Assembly (NCBI GenBank): GCA_963674945.2
Contig: CAXXWQ010000003.1
Location: 1,952,001-2,016,000, forward strand
Reading direction: 5' to 3'
DNA: 64,000 bases
Origin: an uncultured Desulfosarcina sp.
GTDB taxonomy: Bacteria; Desulfobacterota; Desulfobacteria; Desulfobacterales; Desulfosarcinaceae
Under the pieces are notes generated by a model, which searched no databases, was not told the origin of the DNA, and saw only the letters and a list, made by a program, of their open reading frames with translations. The position numbers were made by a program, and so were the translations under genes. This document shows, one piece after another, positions 21,088 to 30,722 of the stretch (positions are counted from its first letter, which is position 1; the number at the start of each line of letters is the position of its first letter).

Positions 21088-21621
21088 CTATCTTCCGCTC
21101 ACACCGCCACCGGTCCGATCGGTGATGGCGAATCCGTTCTCATCCAGAATTACCTGGCTGTCGTCCACGTACACAACGGCGCCCGGCGGTCCGTTGTAAA
21201 CGGCATAGGCATACTCCCGGCCATCTTCTGATTGCAGCTTGATGGACAGCGCCAGCACACCTTGCCGCACGCTGCTTGCGGATACCTCCACCGTTTTGGC
21301 GACGGAATCCTCGATCATCCATGCCAGCCCCTCCCTGGCGTAAGTTTCCGCGAGCCGCAACCGAGACGGCAGATCCTTTTCCCGATCCAGCAGCCACAAC
21401 CTGCATCCGATCAGATCTCCCTCTACGTCCGGATAAATGTCACCCCACCATCCGCGCCGGTCATCCGTGCCGTCAGGAATCGCATCGGATGCGCTTGCCC
21501 GGCGGTCCGTAAACAGGCTGATGATCACGGCGGTGCGAAGTCCCTCGTCGATGGCCGTCCCGCCTTCGCCAAGGTCCAGATCGATGATTCCGTTTTTGTA
21601 TGTGAGTGCCAGATCGCCCAT
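21088..21621 (-). CDS. Mu gp46 family baseplate protein
   Basis: 'LRTAVIISLFTDRRA..D.IPDGTDDRRGWWGD...G.RLWLLDREK'. Confidence 0.92.
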   Translation of the reverse strand: MGDLALTYKNGIIDLDLGEGGTAIDEGLRTAVIISLFTDRRASASDAIPDGTDDRRGWWGDIYPDVEGDLIGCRLWLLDREKDLPSRLRLAETYAREGLAWMIEDSVAKTVEVSASSVRQGVLALSIKLQSEDGREYAYAVYNGPPGAVVYVDDSQVILDENGFAITDRTGGGVSGR

Positions 21622-22319
21622 TACATCTCCTGGTTCGGCGTACCCGTTGTGCCGCCGGAATCGCCCGGATGATCGTGTTCGTTGTATGTGGATCGGATGC
21701 CCGCCATGCTGCCGTCGCCGTCGGATACGTCGCCCGGCGTGCTGATGTTCCCGGTTCCGGCAGCTCCGGTCATGATCAGCCCGCCGCCGAACTGGCCACT
21801 GTTAGCGACCGCCACATCGCCGGCGAATGTCGCGTTGCCTGTAAACTCTACCAATGGCGTGTCGAACGTAACCTTGCTCGATGCCGTGACGGTCACCAAG
21901 GGGCAAACCACTTCGGTTTCCACGGCCACGTCGGCGGCCAGGCGATCGCAGCCGTATACGTGGATCGTCTTGTCCCGTTTGAGGTGGACTACCTGGCCCT
22001 GGTCGTCGTAAAAGGCGACTTCTCCCTGGGCAAGGCCCCTGATCCGGTACCGCCGGTCGCCCACCTTGACAACGGCGCCGTGATCCGTGTTGCCACCCAG
22101 TGCCAGAACCAGTGCCTCCGCCCCTGGGATCGGATGAGAAGAAAACCCGTAGTCCTCCCACCGTTCCACCCGGTCGCGCACCTCGCCGGAAAAGATCGCA
22201 AGCTGCAATTCCTGCATTTTCGGATCGTCGTACACCAGCTTGACCACCGCACGCCGGGCCATCAGCCGGACGCGCCGGGAAAGGGGCGCCACCAATCGCG
22301 AAACCGTCCGGGCTACCAT
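21621..22319 (-). CDS. Baseplate spike, Mu gp45 / gpV
   Basis: 'YGFSSHPIPGAE', 'DRRYRIRGL..GEVAFYDDQG', C-terminal 'HDHPGDSGGTTGTPNQ'. Confidence 0.92.
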   Translation of the reverse strand: MVARTVSRLVAPLSRRVRLMARRAVVKLVYDDPKMQELQLAIFSGEVRDRVERWEDYGFSSHPIPGAEALVLALGGNTDHGAVVKVGDRRYRIRGLAQGEVAFYDDQGQVVHLKRDKTIHVYGCDRLAADVAVETEVVCPLVTVTASSKVTFDTPLVEFTGNATFAGDVAVANSGQFGGGLIMTGAAGTGNISTPGDVSDGDGSMAGIRSTYNEHDHPGDSGGTTGTPNQEM

Positions 22320-23353
22320 GGCGCGCCCCCGTCGTCCTCCGGTACCGGCAGCAAATCGAACGCCGTTGGCGGGCACAGCTCGATATCGGTTGTGGTGCCG
22401 GCGTCCTTGTCCAGCCGGTAGGCCACGGCCACGATCAGCATGTCGGCGTCCAAATGCAGGTACGGGCAATCGAGCCGCACTCTTTTATTGGGCGCCCACA
22501 GCCCGGAGGCGTGATGCCAGCCCTGCACGGTCACAAGGGGCCTTGCGCTTCTTCCCATGCGCACCGCCGCCTCCCACACGGCCCGGTCGTCCAGTGCGGC
22601 CGCATCGCCGATGTCCTCGGCAACGATAATGAGCGGCCGGTACCGCGAAACACTCCCGTCCGTGGCCTCGCCTTTCGGCCCGGCGTTCTGGTCCGGCGTG
22701 TCGGTGTCGAACCCGACATTCTGCCCCTTGCAGACATACCGGCTGTACCGGTCCCGCATGGAAAAGGTGCCCCGTGCGGCCTTGACGTTTTTTCCCTGGA
22801 TCAGGTCCGTGCCCACGCGTTCGGTCCCGGCGCGGGTGATCGCCAGGCCGCCCTGGGCATCGGAGATCATCAACAAACCGCGCATGCGGGCCGCCCGTTC
22901 CAGCGCCTCCCAGGCTGTCTCGCCTTCCTGGAGAGCGGCCGATGTGAATGCCTTGCCCACGGATGTCTCTGCCCGGACAGTAATCCCGAACGGCTTGCAG
23001 ATATCCGATGCCACCTGGAGGATATTGCGGCCCCGCCATTCGCCGCTGGCCGCGATGGCGCTGCAGTCCACCAGGTCCCCGGTCGCATCCCGGCCCACCA
23101 CGGTCATGCCGTGCCGTTTGACGTCGAAGAAGGGCAGCACGTCATCGACATACCCGGTGATAGCCGTATCGCCGTCAACGGAAACCGTGCAGGCGTCCCC
23201 GATCCGGATCGGCAGGGCCTGGTCCCGGCCGGCCCAGCGATCGGACACTGTCAGTTCGAAGGTACCGGCCACCTGTTCGATGCCGCGCCGGATCTCGATC
23301 TCCTCCCATCCACCGTATTGCCGCCCGTTGATTTCGAGAATGACATCAGCCAT
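22313..23353 (-). CDS. Baseplate hub, Mu gp44 (gpP)
   Basis: 'INGRQYGGW', 'VGRDATGDLVDCS', 'RYRPLII', 'LWAPN'. Confidence 0.92.
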   Translation of the reverse strand: MADVILEINGRQYGGWEEIEIRRGIEQVAGTFELTVSDRWAGRDQALPIRIGDACTVSVDGDTAITGYVDDVLPFFDVKRHGMTVVGRDATGDLVDCSAIAASGEWRGRNILQVASDICKPFGITVRAETSVGKAFTSAALQEGETAWEALERAARMRGLLMISDAQGGLAITRAGTERVGTDLIQGKNVKAARGTFSMRDRYSRYVCKGQNVGFDTDTPDQNAGPKGEATDGSVSRYRPLIIVAEDIGDAAALDDRAVWEAAVRMGRSARPLVTVQGWHHASGLWAPNKRVRLDCPYLHLDADMLIVAVAYRLDKDAGTTTDIELCPPTAFDLLPVPEDDGGAPW

Positions 23354-24545
23354 CGATCAGCACCTCCAGCTCTTCTCCGCCCGGCACGAATCCGGGATGG
23401 GCGATGCGGTTTCGTGCCACGATGTTTTCCGCTTGCGTGGCGTCGCCATACAGTCGATGAGCCAGCACCAGGGCCGGAATCGTGGCCCCCGGCGTAATTT
23501 TTCTCACCCTCGCCAGGTTGGCACCGCGCTTCGTTATGTCGGCAACCATGGCCGCACGAAGATCCATTAGCGCGACATAGCTTTCATCGCCTGCGGTTTC
23601 CGCCTCTGCGTCCATCTGATCGGCCAGCTCCTCCATCCGGGCCTTGGCGTCATCGTAACTGTCGAACGCCACGCTTGCCGTGGCCCGGACCGCCTCGACG
23701 ACGGCAGCACGGCGCACCAACGCGTTGAACGCCCGCGTGTTGTTTGTCTTGCGGACAATGCTTTTCGCCGTACCCGCCGGCAGTGCGGCGCTTTCATCGG
23801 TAAACAGATCCCACAACTGACGGTATGCGTCGAAAGCACGATCGATCCGGTCCGGCAGCAGCACGATATCGGCCACCAGACCGTAGATGTCTGTTGCAAG
23901 GTCTGCCGGAGCGCGGATCAGCTCCTCCGCCGATGCAGCCAGGCCCTGGAGATCAGAAACGAAATCGCTCACCATATCCGGGACATTGGGGAATCTGCGG
24001 CGCACGGCATCGATTTGATCCGATACCCGATGAACGAGAGACTTTGCGTGGTCGACCACGAATTGCGGGCTGTCGGCCACAAACGTATCGGAGAACGCTG
24101 ACTGCACAGCCGCCGATGCCGTGTCTGCTGCAGATTCGGTATTTTTTGCGGTGTCCGCCGTCGCCCTTGGGAAAACCGCCTCCCCGGATTCGACAAAGGT
24201 GACGGCAAATCGCGCCATTCCGCCCTCGCGAGTACTCTCTCGTGGACCACGCGCTTCGATTACCGTTGCGGTCATTTCGCCGAGGTAGGGGTGGACCAGT
24301 TTCCCAGGCCCTGGTTCCTCCAGTGCTGCGATCAACGCATCCCTGGCTGCCATGTAGTCAGCACCGAGAACAAAGAGGTTCATCCGGAACCGTCGCGCCT
24401 TTTTGCCCAGGTCCTCGGCATATGGTTTGTCACGGAGGGGAAATTCGTGCAGGGCCACGTTGCGGCCGATCTCACCGTCGGCCGATTCGATGACAAAGGG
24501 CACGTTTCTAAACGACCCTGGCAGTAGTGTTTCTTTCCAGCTCAT
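23346..24545 (-). CDS. DNA circularization protein (Mu gpN-like)
   Basis: 'SFRNVPF', 'HEFPLRDKPYAEDLG', 'LVHPYLG', 'PALVLAHRLYGD...RNRIAHPGFVP'. Confidence 0.92.
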   Translation of the reverse strand: MSWKETLLPGSFRNVPFVIESADGEIGRNVALHEFPLRDKPYAEDLGKKARRFRMNLFVLGADYMAARDALIAALEEPGPGKLVHPYLGEMTATVIEARGPRESTREGGMARFAVTFVESGEAVFPRATADTAKNTESAADTASAAVQSAFSDTFVADSPQFVVDHAKSLVHRVSDQIDAVRRRFPNVPDMVSDFVSDLQGLAASAEELIRAPADLATDIYGLVADIVLLPDRIDRAFDAYRQLWDLFTDESAALPAGTAKSIVRKTNNTRAFNALVRRAAVVEAVRATASVAFDSYDDAKARMEELADQMDAEAETAGDESYVALMDLRAAMVADITKRGANLARVRKITPGATIPALVLAHRLYGDATQAENIVARNRIAHPGFVPGGEELEVLIDG

Positions 24546-26317
24546 CAGTGGGCCACCATCATCCTTCCGGCGTCCATGTCGATGTCAAATCCGCGACTGG
24601 ATTTGAGTTGATTTACTCGAACCGGCGCATCACTTTCGATGGAAATGGCCAGCTCGCCGGAAAAGCGTTTTTCAAGTTCTGCCACTTCGCGGCGGTCCAG
24701 TTCGTCCCAAATGGTTTTGTATGCAGCAGAGCCCGGACCGGCACCCTGGACTTCCATTCTTCTCATCATCTCCCGTAGCGTATTGGTATCGGTCATTGCG
24801 GCCTGACTTTCGGCAATCTTCTTGCCGATGGCGTTACTGGCCGCCGCAATGGCACCGGTGGCCGCCGCAGGCGTTAAAGAAAGGGCGCCAACTGCCATGC
24901 CACCGACTCCTCCGCCGGCCGCTGCGCCTGTTGCGGCCCCGGAAGCGCCTTTATCCCATAACGATGCAGGTCCATTTACGACATAGACCGGTATCGCATC
25001 ACCGAATTTTCCTGCCTGGCCAATTGCACCAGTCAATCCTTTCTTCTTACCGAATATCTCTCTTCCCCACCGGGCCATATTCATCCCCGCACCAGTCAAT
25101 TTGTAGGCGGCGATAAGGCCGCCTCCGACCAGCGTCACATTCTTGCCCATCTCGAGCCACCGCTCGACCGTTCCTGGCTTGAGACCGTCCAGGTATTCAG
25201 TGACCTTTTTGATTGGTTCGGTAAGCTGGTTGTCGGAAAGCTGTTCCCATACTGTGTATAGTGCCCGTAATGAGGAATTGAGGGTCTTCGACGCACGGAT
25301 TGAGTCCTCGACGGTTGTTTTTCCGTCCGCATGCACATCGTAAAATTTTTTAAGGCTTTCGACCTTGCCGGTCCGCTGGAACTCACTGGCAGCGGCATTG
25401 AAAGCTCTGATTGCTTCGGCATCGAACACCTTGGAGAGCGCCAGCTTGCTTCCTTTTGTTTTTTCGATGATCTCGGTCATGATCTCGGGAAGAGAACGCA
25501 TTTGCGTTGTTGACCCTTTTTCGAAAATTCTGATTCCACCCTTTCGGAGCAACTTGACCTTGTCTGCATCGCCCAGTGTGCGCAAAACAGCTTCGAAGGC
25601 AGTGGTCGCCTGTTCGCGGTTGCCGGTACCTTGCTGGATCACTTGCAGTGCCGCTCCCATTTCTCGGATGGCCTTTACACCCGTGCGTCCCATTGAAGTA
25701 TATGCAGTAACAACACGCGGTCCCATTGCGGCCAGGTCTTGAAGGGTGAAAGCGCCCTCTTTGCCCTGAACACTGAGGATATCCAGCGCCTCGAACGCCT
25801 CCTTGGCCCCGATCCCCATTTTTTGGAACTCTGCTAAGATGCCGCCGATGGAAATGCCATCTCCGCCTGTCGCCGAAATTGCCAGGCCGATGTTGCGGAT
25901 GTTCTCCTCGGCAAACTTGAGGTCGCCGGTCTTTTCGATGATCTCCTCTACGGCGGACGTGATCTGGCCTGGGTAAACACGGATATCCGGCGCCTTGGCC
26001 ACTTCAAAGATCCTCTTTTTAAGACCATTGATCTCTTCGTCGCTACGGTTCGCCTGAATACCGATACGGACGAACCGCTCCTCCAGGTTTCCCACCTGCC
26101 GGATCGCGCCGATGCCGGCCGCACCCGTGAGAAACGCCGTGTACCGGTTACCCAGACGATCGATACCCCTCCCGGCCAGGGCCACACCACGACTTAAAAG
26201 CCGCATGCTGGACGCCCCTTTTCGGCCGAACCGGTTCAGGGAGTTGGTGTACTGCTTCGCCTTGGACTGGAGATTGCCGGAAAGATCGACGATGATGGAT
26301 GTTCTCAGGTCGCTCAT
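24545..26317 (-). CDS. Tail tape-measure protein
   Basis: Position after the chaperone; helical Ala/Gly-rich; 'QGKEGAFTLQDLA'. Confidence 0.88.
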   Translation of the reverse strand: MSDLRTSIIVDLSGNLQSKAKQYTNSLNRFGRKGASSMRLLSRGVALAGRGIDRLGNRYTAFLTGAAGIGAIRQVGNLEERFVRIGIQANRSDEEINGLKKRIFEVAKAPDIRVYPGQITSAVEEIIEKTGDLKFAEENIRNIGLAISATGGDGISIGGILAEFQKMGIGAKEAFEALDILSVQGKEGAFTLQDLAAMGPRVVTAYTSMGRTGVKAIREMGAALQVIQQGTGNREQATTAFEAVLRTLGDADKVKLLRKGGIRIFEKGSTTQMRSLPEIMTEIIEKTKGSKLALSKVFDAEAIRAFNAAASEFQRTGKVESLKKFYDVHADGKTTVEDSIRASKTLNSSLRALYTVWEQLSDNQLTEPIKKVTEYLDGLKPGTVERWLEMGKNVTLVGGGLIAAYKLTGAGMNMARWGREIFGKKKGLTGAIGQAGKFGDAIPVYVVNGPASLWDKGASGAATGAAAGGGVGGMAVGALSLTPAAATGAIAAASNAIGKKIAESQAAMTDTNTLREMMRRMEVQGAGPGSAAYKTIWDELDRREVAELEKRFSGELAISIESDAPVRVNQLKSSRGFDIDMDAGRMMVAH

Positions 26318-26467
26318 TTAATCGCGCTTTAAAAAGGGTTGCATGGTGTTTAAAAACTCCCGAAAGGGAAGGTTGACGATTTCGGACCGGGTAAATCCGG
26401 TCCTGGCAGCCAATATCAGCAGGCCGGGCGCCACCATGTCACTCACCGCCTGCTGAATCGCGCCCCC
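26318..26467 (-). CDS. Frameshift extension of the tail assembly chaperone (Mu gp41.5 / G-T-like)
   Basis: GGGGGCGC at 26467-26460; the -2 frame stays open to TAA 26318-26320, abutting the tape-measure ATG. Confidence 0.7.
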   Translation of the reverse strand, partial: GGAIQQAVSDMVAPGLLILAARTGFTRSEIVNLPFREFLNTMQPFLKRD

Positions 26468-26798
26468 GGTCGCGCACCTTATCCAGGGTTGCCGCCTCCA
26501 ATACTTCAGCGCCTTCCTGCAACAGCGAAAGATCGGGAGCGCTGAGTTTCTTCAGTTCGGAAAGGGAAAGTGGCCCTTCATACTCACCGACCTTCACGAT
26601 CTGTCGGCGCAACGTATTGAGCGCTACCATGGTAGGGCTGGCGATTAACTGAAACCCTTCCTCGGTCCGGATCACCTTTTCGCTTTCGTCGGTTGCGTCG
26701 ATCAGATCGGCGGCGGTTGCCTCGCGGATCATGGCATGCCTGTGAACCTTCTCTCCGATTGTAAGCCCATTGATCAGTTCAATTTCATGTGTTGCCAT
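26439..26798 (-). CDS. Tail assembly chaperone (Mu gp41-like)
   Basis: Between tube and tape measure; 'LINGLTIG...IREATAAD...LKKLS..DL'. Confidence 0.85.
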   Translation of the reverse strand: MATHEIELINGLTIGEKVHRHAMIREATAADLIDATDESEKVIRTEEGFQLIASPTMVALNTLRRQIVKVGEYEGPLSLSELKKLSAPDLSLLQEGAEVLEAATLDKVRDRGRDSAGGE

Positions 26799-27163
26799 CA
26801 AATCATCTCCTCTGCCGGGCTTCCCTCGAATGTCAGGGGAACGCTCCCGCCTTCGCTGGCGGTCATCTCCGGGGTGTTCGTCAGCCACCAGCCTTGCCCA
26901 ACGTACTGCTGGCCGGTATCGCACTCGAACGAAATGGTAACGTCATCCCATCCGCGCATCTCTGCCAGCTTCGTCTCCTTGCCAACCGAGATTTCGCATT
27001 CAAGCTTTCCCTGTTTCGGCGTCTCGAAAAAACCCTGCACATCGTTGGCCCCGACGACCGTGGTGCGTTCATCTCCGCCGATATCCAGCTTCGCCCCTGG
27101 TTTGGACTCAAGGACTTTGCCATCCACCTTGATAACCGCTTTGCCTAATTTTTTTTTGGACAT
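26798..27163 (-). CDS. Tail tube protein (Mu gpM-like)
   Basis: 121 aa after the sheath; 'GKAVIKVDG..LESKPGAKLDIGG.ER', 'FECDTG..Y'. Confidence 0.88.
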   Translation of the reverse strand: MSKKKLGKAVIKVDGKVLESKPGAKLDIGGDERTTVVGANDVQGFFETPKQGKLECEISVGKETKLAEMRGWDDVTISFECDTGQQYVGQGWWLTNTPEMTASEGGSVPLTFEGSPAEEMI

Positions 27164-27191
27164 CGTATGTCCTCCGTTTTGCTAAGTTGTC

Positions 27192-28658
27192 CTACAAAAT
27201 GAACTGCAGCTTGGCCGCGAAGATCCTGAGCTGGTTGACCAGGTCGGGTGGTATGAGAAAGTCCGCCCGGTTGCGGTCGCTCACGTTTCTCTCGGCGACC
27301 AAGTCCTGTTTGAACTGGTCGAGATTTTCCACCCGGCCGTCCCGCTCCCACTCCAGCGCCAGGGCGATCAGTTCGGCGCGCAATGTGGATGGTGTGACGA
27401 CGGCCTGTCCTGGATCGAATTTGGTGCCATCGTCGGTCAACTTGTGGCGGGGGAACTTATTGGTAATCCTGGCCCGTAGGCTGTACCGAAGGTAGCTCAA
27501 CGTCGCCTGGGTGGTGATGTCCAGATAACTCGGGTCGTCTACGCCGTATGCATTGGTCTGGTACATGCTGATTTCCCGCTCGATCCGCACCTGGCCGCCA
27601 TCGTCCACCATGTGGGTTGCGATACCGTCATAAAGCAGCAGGTTCCGCTCTTCCTGTGTCCACCGGACCTCCTCTACCGCTGGAAGGATTCCTGGCAGTA
27701 CGAGCGTCTGCAGCGGCCTGGCCGGATCGTTCAATAGCGCCGCTGCCGCCTGCCCGGCATAGGCTGACGCCCATAAGTACGGCGGCATCGGGCTGATGCC
27801 AGTCCCCATGCAGGTAACGTGGGGAGAATTTCTGCCACTGCCGTAAGTCGCCGTCGCGCTGTAGTCCCCACGAAAGGCGGTATAGGCGATGCCGTCGATC
27901 TGCCGGGTGCCGGAAATCCGGCTGGCCAGCTCCGTCTCCAGAAGCGTCATGTTGGCGGCATCCGTGTACGGCATCACGATCGCCTGGTACCACTCGTCTC
28001 CCATGGCGGCGATGGCGCTGGTGATGTCCGGGTTGCCGGCGCCGGACGACATGGCCACGACGGTCGCGGACAAGCCGGACGGCAACGTCTCTCCCTGGTA
28101 GTAGTTTACCCGGACGTCGATGCCGTTTCCGCACTCTCCGGCATTTCTCGCGGTCAGGGTAACGACGCCGGCCGATGCCGATGCCGTCACGGGCAGGCTC
28201 GTGTTTGCGTTGATGGCCGCCGCCAGATCCGTCGCGATATCGGCGATGGCGTCCCCGGATGCGATCGCGAGGCGAACCCGTGTGCCGGCGATGTAACAGT
28301 ACACCATGCCGGATTCTGTGGGCGCACCGGCAAAGGTGATGGTCCCGGTGGCGTCATCCGCCTCGCCATCGTCGGCCAGCGGCAGCCCCCAGCTCTCGGT
28401 GAACCGGTTCCCGGCCTTGAGCACGGCGAACATGGACGCGAGCATGGAGCCGCGCCCGAACAGCTTTTCCGCCTGGTCCGCGCTGGTGATGCGCACCGGC
28501 GTTCCGGCTGCGGCCGTGCCGGCTGCCAGCATCTGCCCGAGCACGAGGATCTTGTACGGCATGTCCGGCGTGGCCAGGATCGCCCGCGTACTGTCGAACT
28601 CGATGTATGCAAGGGGCACGCGAAGGTTTGACGGGATCGATTCGAATGAAACACTCAT
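27192..28658 (-). CDS. Tail sheath protein (Mu gpL-like)
   Basis: 'LRVPLAYIEFD', 'FGRGSML', 'DPARPLQTL', 'KFPRHKL', 'PPDLVNQLRIFA'. Confidence 0.95.
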   Translation of the reverse strand: MSVSFESIPSNLRVPLAYIEFDSTRAILATPDMPYKILVLGQMLAAGTAAAGTPVRITSADQAEKLFGRGSMLASMFAVLKAGNRFTESWGLPLADDGEADDATGTITFAGAPTESGMVYCYIAGTRVRLAIASGDAIADIATDLAAAINANTSLPVTASASAGVVTLTARNAGECGNGIDVRVNYYQGETLPSGLSATVVAMSSGAGNPDITSAIAAMGDEWYQAIVMPYTDAANMTLLETELASRISGTRQIDGIAYTAFRGDYSATATYGSGRNSPHVTCMGTGISPMPPYLWASAYAGQAAAALLNDPARPLQTLVLPGILPAVEEVRWTQEERNLLLYDGIATHMVDDGGQVRIEREISMYQTNAYGVDDPSYLDITTQATLSYLRYSLRARITNKFPRHKLTDDGTKFDPGQAVVTPSTLRAELIALALEWERDGRVENLDQFKQDLVAERNVSDRNRADFLIPPDLVNQLRIFAAKLQFIL

Positions 28659-28852
28659 GATTTATCGCCTCCTGTTTTTTTTGCCGGCGTGGTGGATACG
28701 GCCGTCTCGACCGATCCATCGCGCAGCCGTCTCAGCCAGTACTGGGTCATCGGAACCTCCTGCCCCTTTTCGGACAGAAATTTCTCCGGCCTGCCCGGCA
28801 TGCGGATTTTCAGCCCCTTGGCCGGTTTGACGAAAAACTTATTTGCCATCAT
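28655..28852 (-). CDS. DUF2635 (Mu gp38-like) protein
   Basis: 'VKPAKGLKIR.P', 'YWLRRLRDGSV'. Confidence 0.88.
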   Translation of the reverse strand: MMANKFFVKPAKGLKIRMPGRPEKFLSEKGQEVPMTQYWLRRLRDGSVETAVSTTPAKKTGGDKS

Positions 28853-29403
28853 GAACCTCCTTCGAGTTCTATGGTGTCGACCGGTGTTGGTTCACCGTCT
28901 GATTCCGGATCCATATCCCATTCGGCCACGACCGTGAGAAGATCGTCCAACGTCGACGGGTCGTCAACGAATTCGGTATCGAACCAGGTTGAAAACACGA
29001 TTTGCCAGACGCAAATCCCCTTATCGAGTAGATCCGCATCCGTAATGTTGAAAACCCGCTCCGGCTTTATCGGGCCGATATCAAGCCCAAGGTCACGGCC
29101 GGATATGAGCGTCACCACGTTTTCCACGATGGCAACAGCACCATGGCGCCGGCTTCGATCGTTGGACCAGTCCTTGAATGCAACGGCGACCAGAATGGCC
29201 GGCCGCCATCGATACGTCGTTCCTTCCGAAACGGTTTCAAAAGATCCCGATTCGATAGCGACGAACGCTGCCGGCAACTTGCTTCTCTTGGCAGCCTCGT
29301 TGCGCGTCTTTGTACCGTCGGAGCCGAACAGGTCTACGTCGCGGACGGTAATTCCTCCGGATTTCAAAAGAGTGACGATACCGTTTTCTATTTCTGCAAG
29401 CAT
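28849..29403 (-). CDS. Tail completion protein (Mu gp37-like)
   Basis: 'MLAEIENGIV..LK', 'LPAAFV'; synteny. Confidence 0.7.
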   Translation of the reverse strand: MLAEIENGIVTLLKSGGITVRDVDLFGSDGTKTRNEAAKRSKLPAAFVAIESGSFETVSEGTTYRWRPAILVAVAFKDWSNDRSRRHGAVAIVENVVTLISGRDLGLDIGPIKPERVFNITDADLLDKGICVWQIVFSTWFDTEFVDDPSTLDDLLTVVAEWDMDPESDGEPTPVDTIELEGGS

Positions 29404-29919
29404 TTAACGATCCCTTAAATGGTCTTTTACCAGTTCCGAAAATTCGCGGCGGTCATCCGCGTTGACGCCCAGATAGGGCCGGGCCGGTATCCGGATCCGC
29501 GCACGCCTGCTGACGATGGAAAAGTCCGCCCCCTCCTGGTGGACACGGCCGTACACCTTGTTTGTGCCGATCGCCACCCAGTTCCGGCCCGTTTTGTAGA
29601 CAATGCTTCCGCGCAGATGGCCGCTGTCGGTAAGGATTTTCCGCCTGGTGACGTAGGTGGAGAAACGCTTGGTCAACTGCCCTTTCTTGGTGTACTTCTT
29701 TCCCCGGTGGGCGCCGTAGATGGTTCTCAGTTTGAGCGGCACCCAGGGATTTCCGTCCGGATCACGCTCTTCGGTAAAACGTTTGTCGGTCTCCACCAGC
29801 ATGTATTCGCCAAAGGCCGTGAGAACCGGTTGCAGGTCGATCGACTTGCGCACATACTTGCGCATCAGGGCGATGGCCTCTTCGTCGTTGATGGTGATTT
29901 TGGCAGCGATACCGGCCAT
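29404..29919 (-). CDS. Virion morphogenesis protein (Mu gpG-like)
   Basis: 'RF..ERDPDGNPWVPL', 'ILTDSGHLRGSI', 'GTNKVYGRVHQ.G', 'IPARPYLG'. Confidence 0.92.
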   Translation of the reverse strand: MAGIAAKITINDEEAIALMRKYVRKSIDLQPVLTAFGEYMLVETDKRFTEERDPDGNPWVPLKLRTIYGAHRGKKYTKKGQLTKRFSTYVTRRKILTDSGHLRGSIVYKTGRNWVAIGTNKVYGRVHQEGADFSIVSRRARIRIPARPYLGVNADDRREFSELVKDHLRDR

Positions 29920-30350
29920 TAATATTTCTCCATGGTCGACGGTGAAAAAATCTGGGGCCGCGCGTTCGACTTGATCGCGGTGGCCGATGCTTCCTCGGGT
30001 GTATCCGGTTCCGGCTGCACGCCGATTCCCGCATCCCCGGACAGCACCTTGCTTAACCAGGAGATGGTGTCCTTGTAATCGGTCCTACGATCCTCCGGAG
30101 CGCCGTGCTTGCCCTGAAACAGGTTGTAAATGGCGATGGCCACGGCGGACTTTCGGATCATGGGCGGAACGGTGGTAAACGGCACCTTGTAACGATTCAA
30201 GCAGTAGCTGTCGATCTCTGCGCCTGCGTCGGAAATGGCCCGGTTTACCCGCCCCGTATCAACGACGCCCGCATCGTCATCGTCCGTGATGTCGATCAGC
30301 TCCTGTTCGCTGATCTTCTCCAGCATGTCGGCAAGTGAGCAGTAGGGCAT
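29919..30350 (-). CDS. DUF1320 / Mu gp36 head-tail connector
   Basis: 'MPYCS..D', 'AISDAGAEIDSY...RYKVP', 'YKDTISWL'. Confidence 0.9.
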   Translation of the reverse strand: MPYCSLADMLEKISEQELIDITDDDDAGVVDTGRVNRAISDAGAEIDSYCLNRYKVPFTTVPPMIRKSAVAIAIYNLFQGKHGAPEDRRTDYKDTISWLSKVLSGDAGIGVQPEPDTPEEASATAIKSNARPQIFSPSTMEKY

Positions 30351-30353
30351 CGC

Positions 30354-30656
30354 TTACGCCTCCGGCGGCTCTGCTGTGTGTTCGTTTACAAGGGCCACCA
30401 GGTCATCTTTCCTTGCATCACTGGCATATGGCACTTCCAGTTTGGCGAGCAGCTCCTTCAATTTCGGAACGGTCATCTCCTCGGGCGGTTTCGTTTTGGC
30501 GATCACGCCGTCATCCTCATCTGCCACCGGCATTGCCTTGCCGATGGAGATGAGCCGGTCGACTTCATTTTTGGGAAGGCCGGAAATTTTATCCCCCGAC
30601 AAATACTGTTTTTTCTCGAAGATGATACAGTTTCCAGGGCTGACGATAATATCCAC
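30354..30656 (-). CDS. Small head-associated protein with a C-terminal HeH/LEM-like motif
   Basis: 'MTVPKLKELL...V.Y...ARKDDLVALV'. Confidence 0.65.
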   Translation of the reverse strand: MDIIVSPGNCIIFEKKQYLSGDKISGLPKNEVDRLISIGKAMPVADEDDGVIAKTKPPEEMTVPKLKELLAKLEVPYASDARKDDLVALVNEHTAEPPEA

Positions 30657-30722
30657 GCTATTCTCCTTTTGCTTCGCCCCGTCCGGCGATCGGCCGGGGC
30701 GTCAGTTCACTGCACCAATGGC

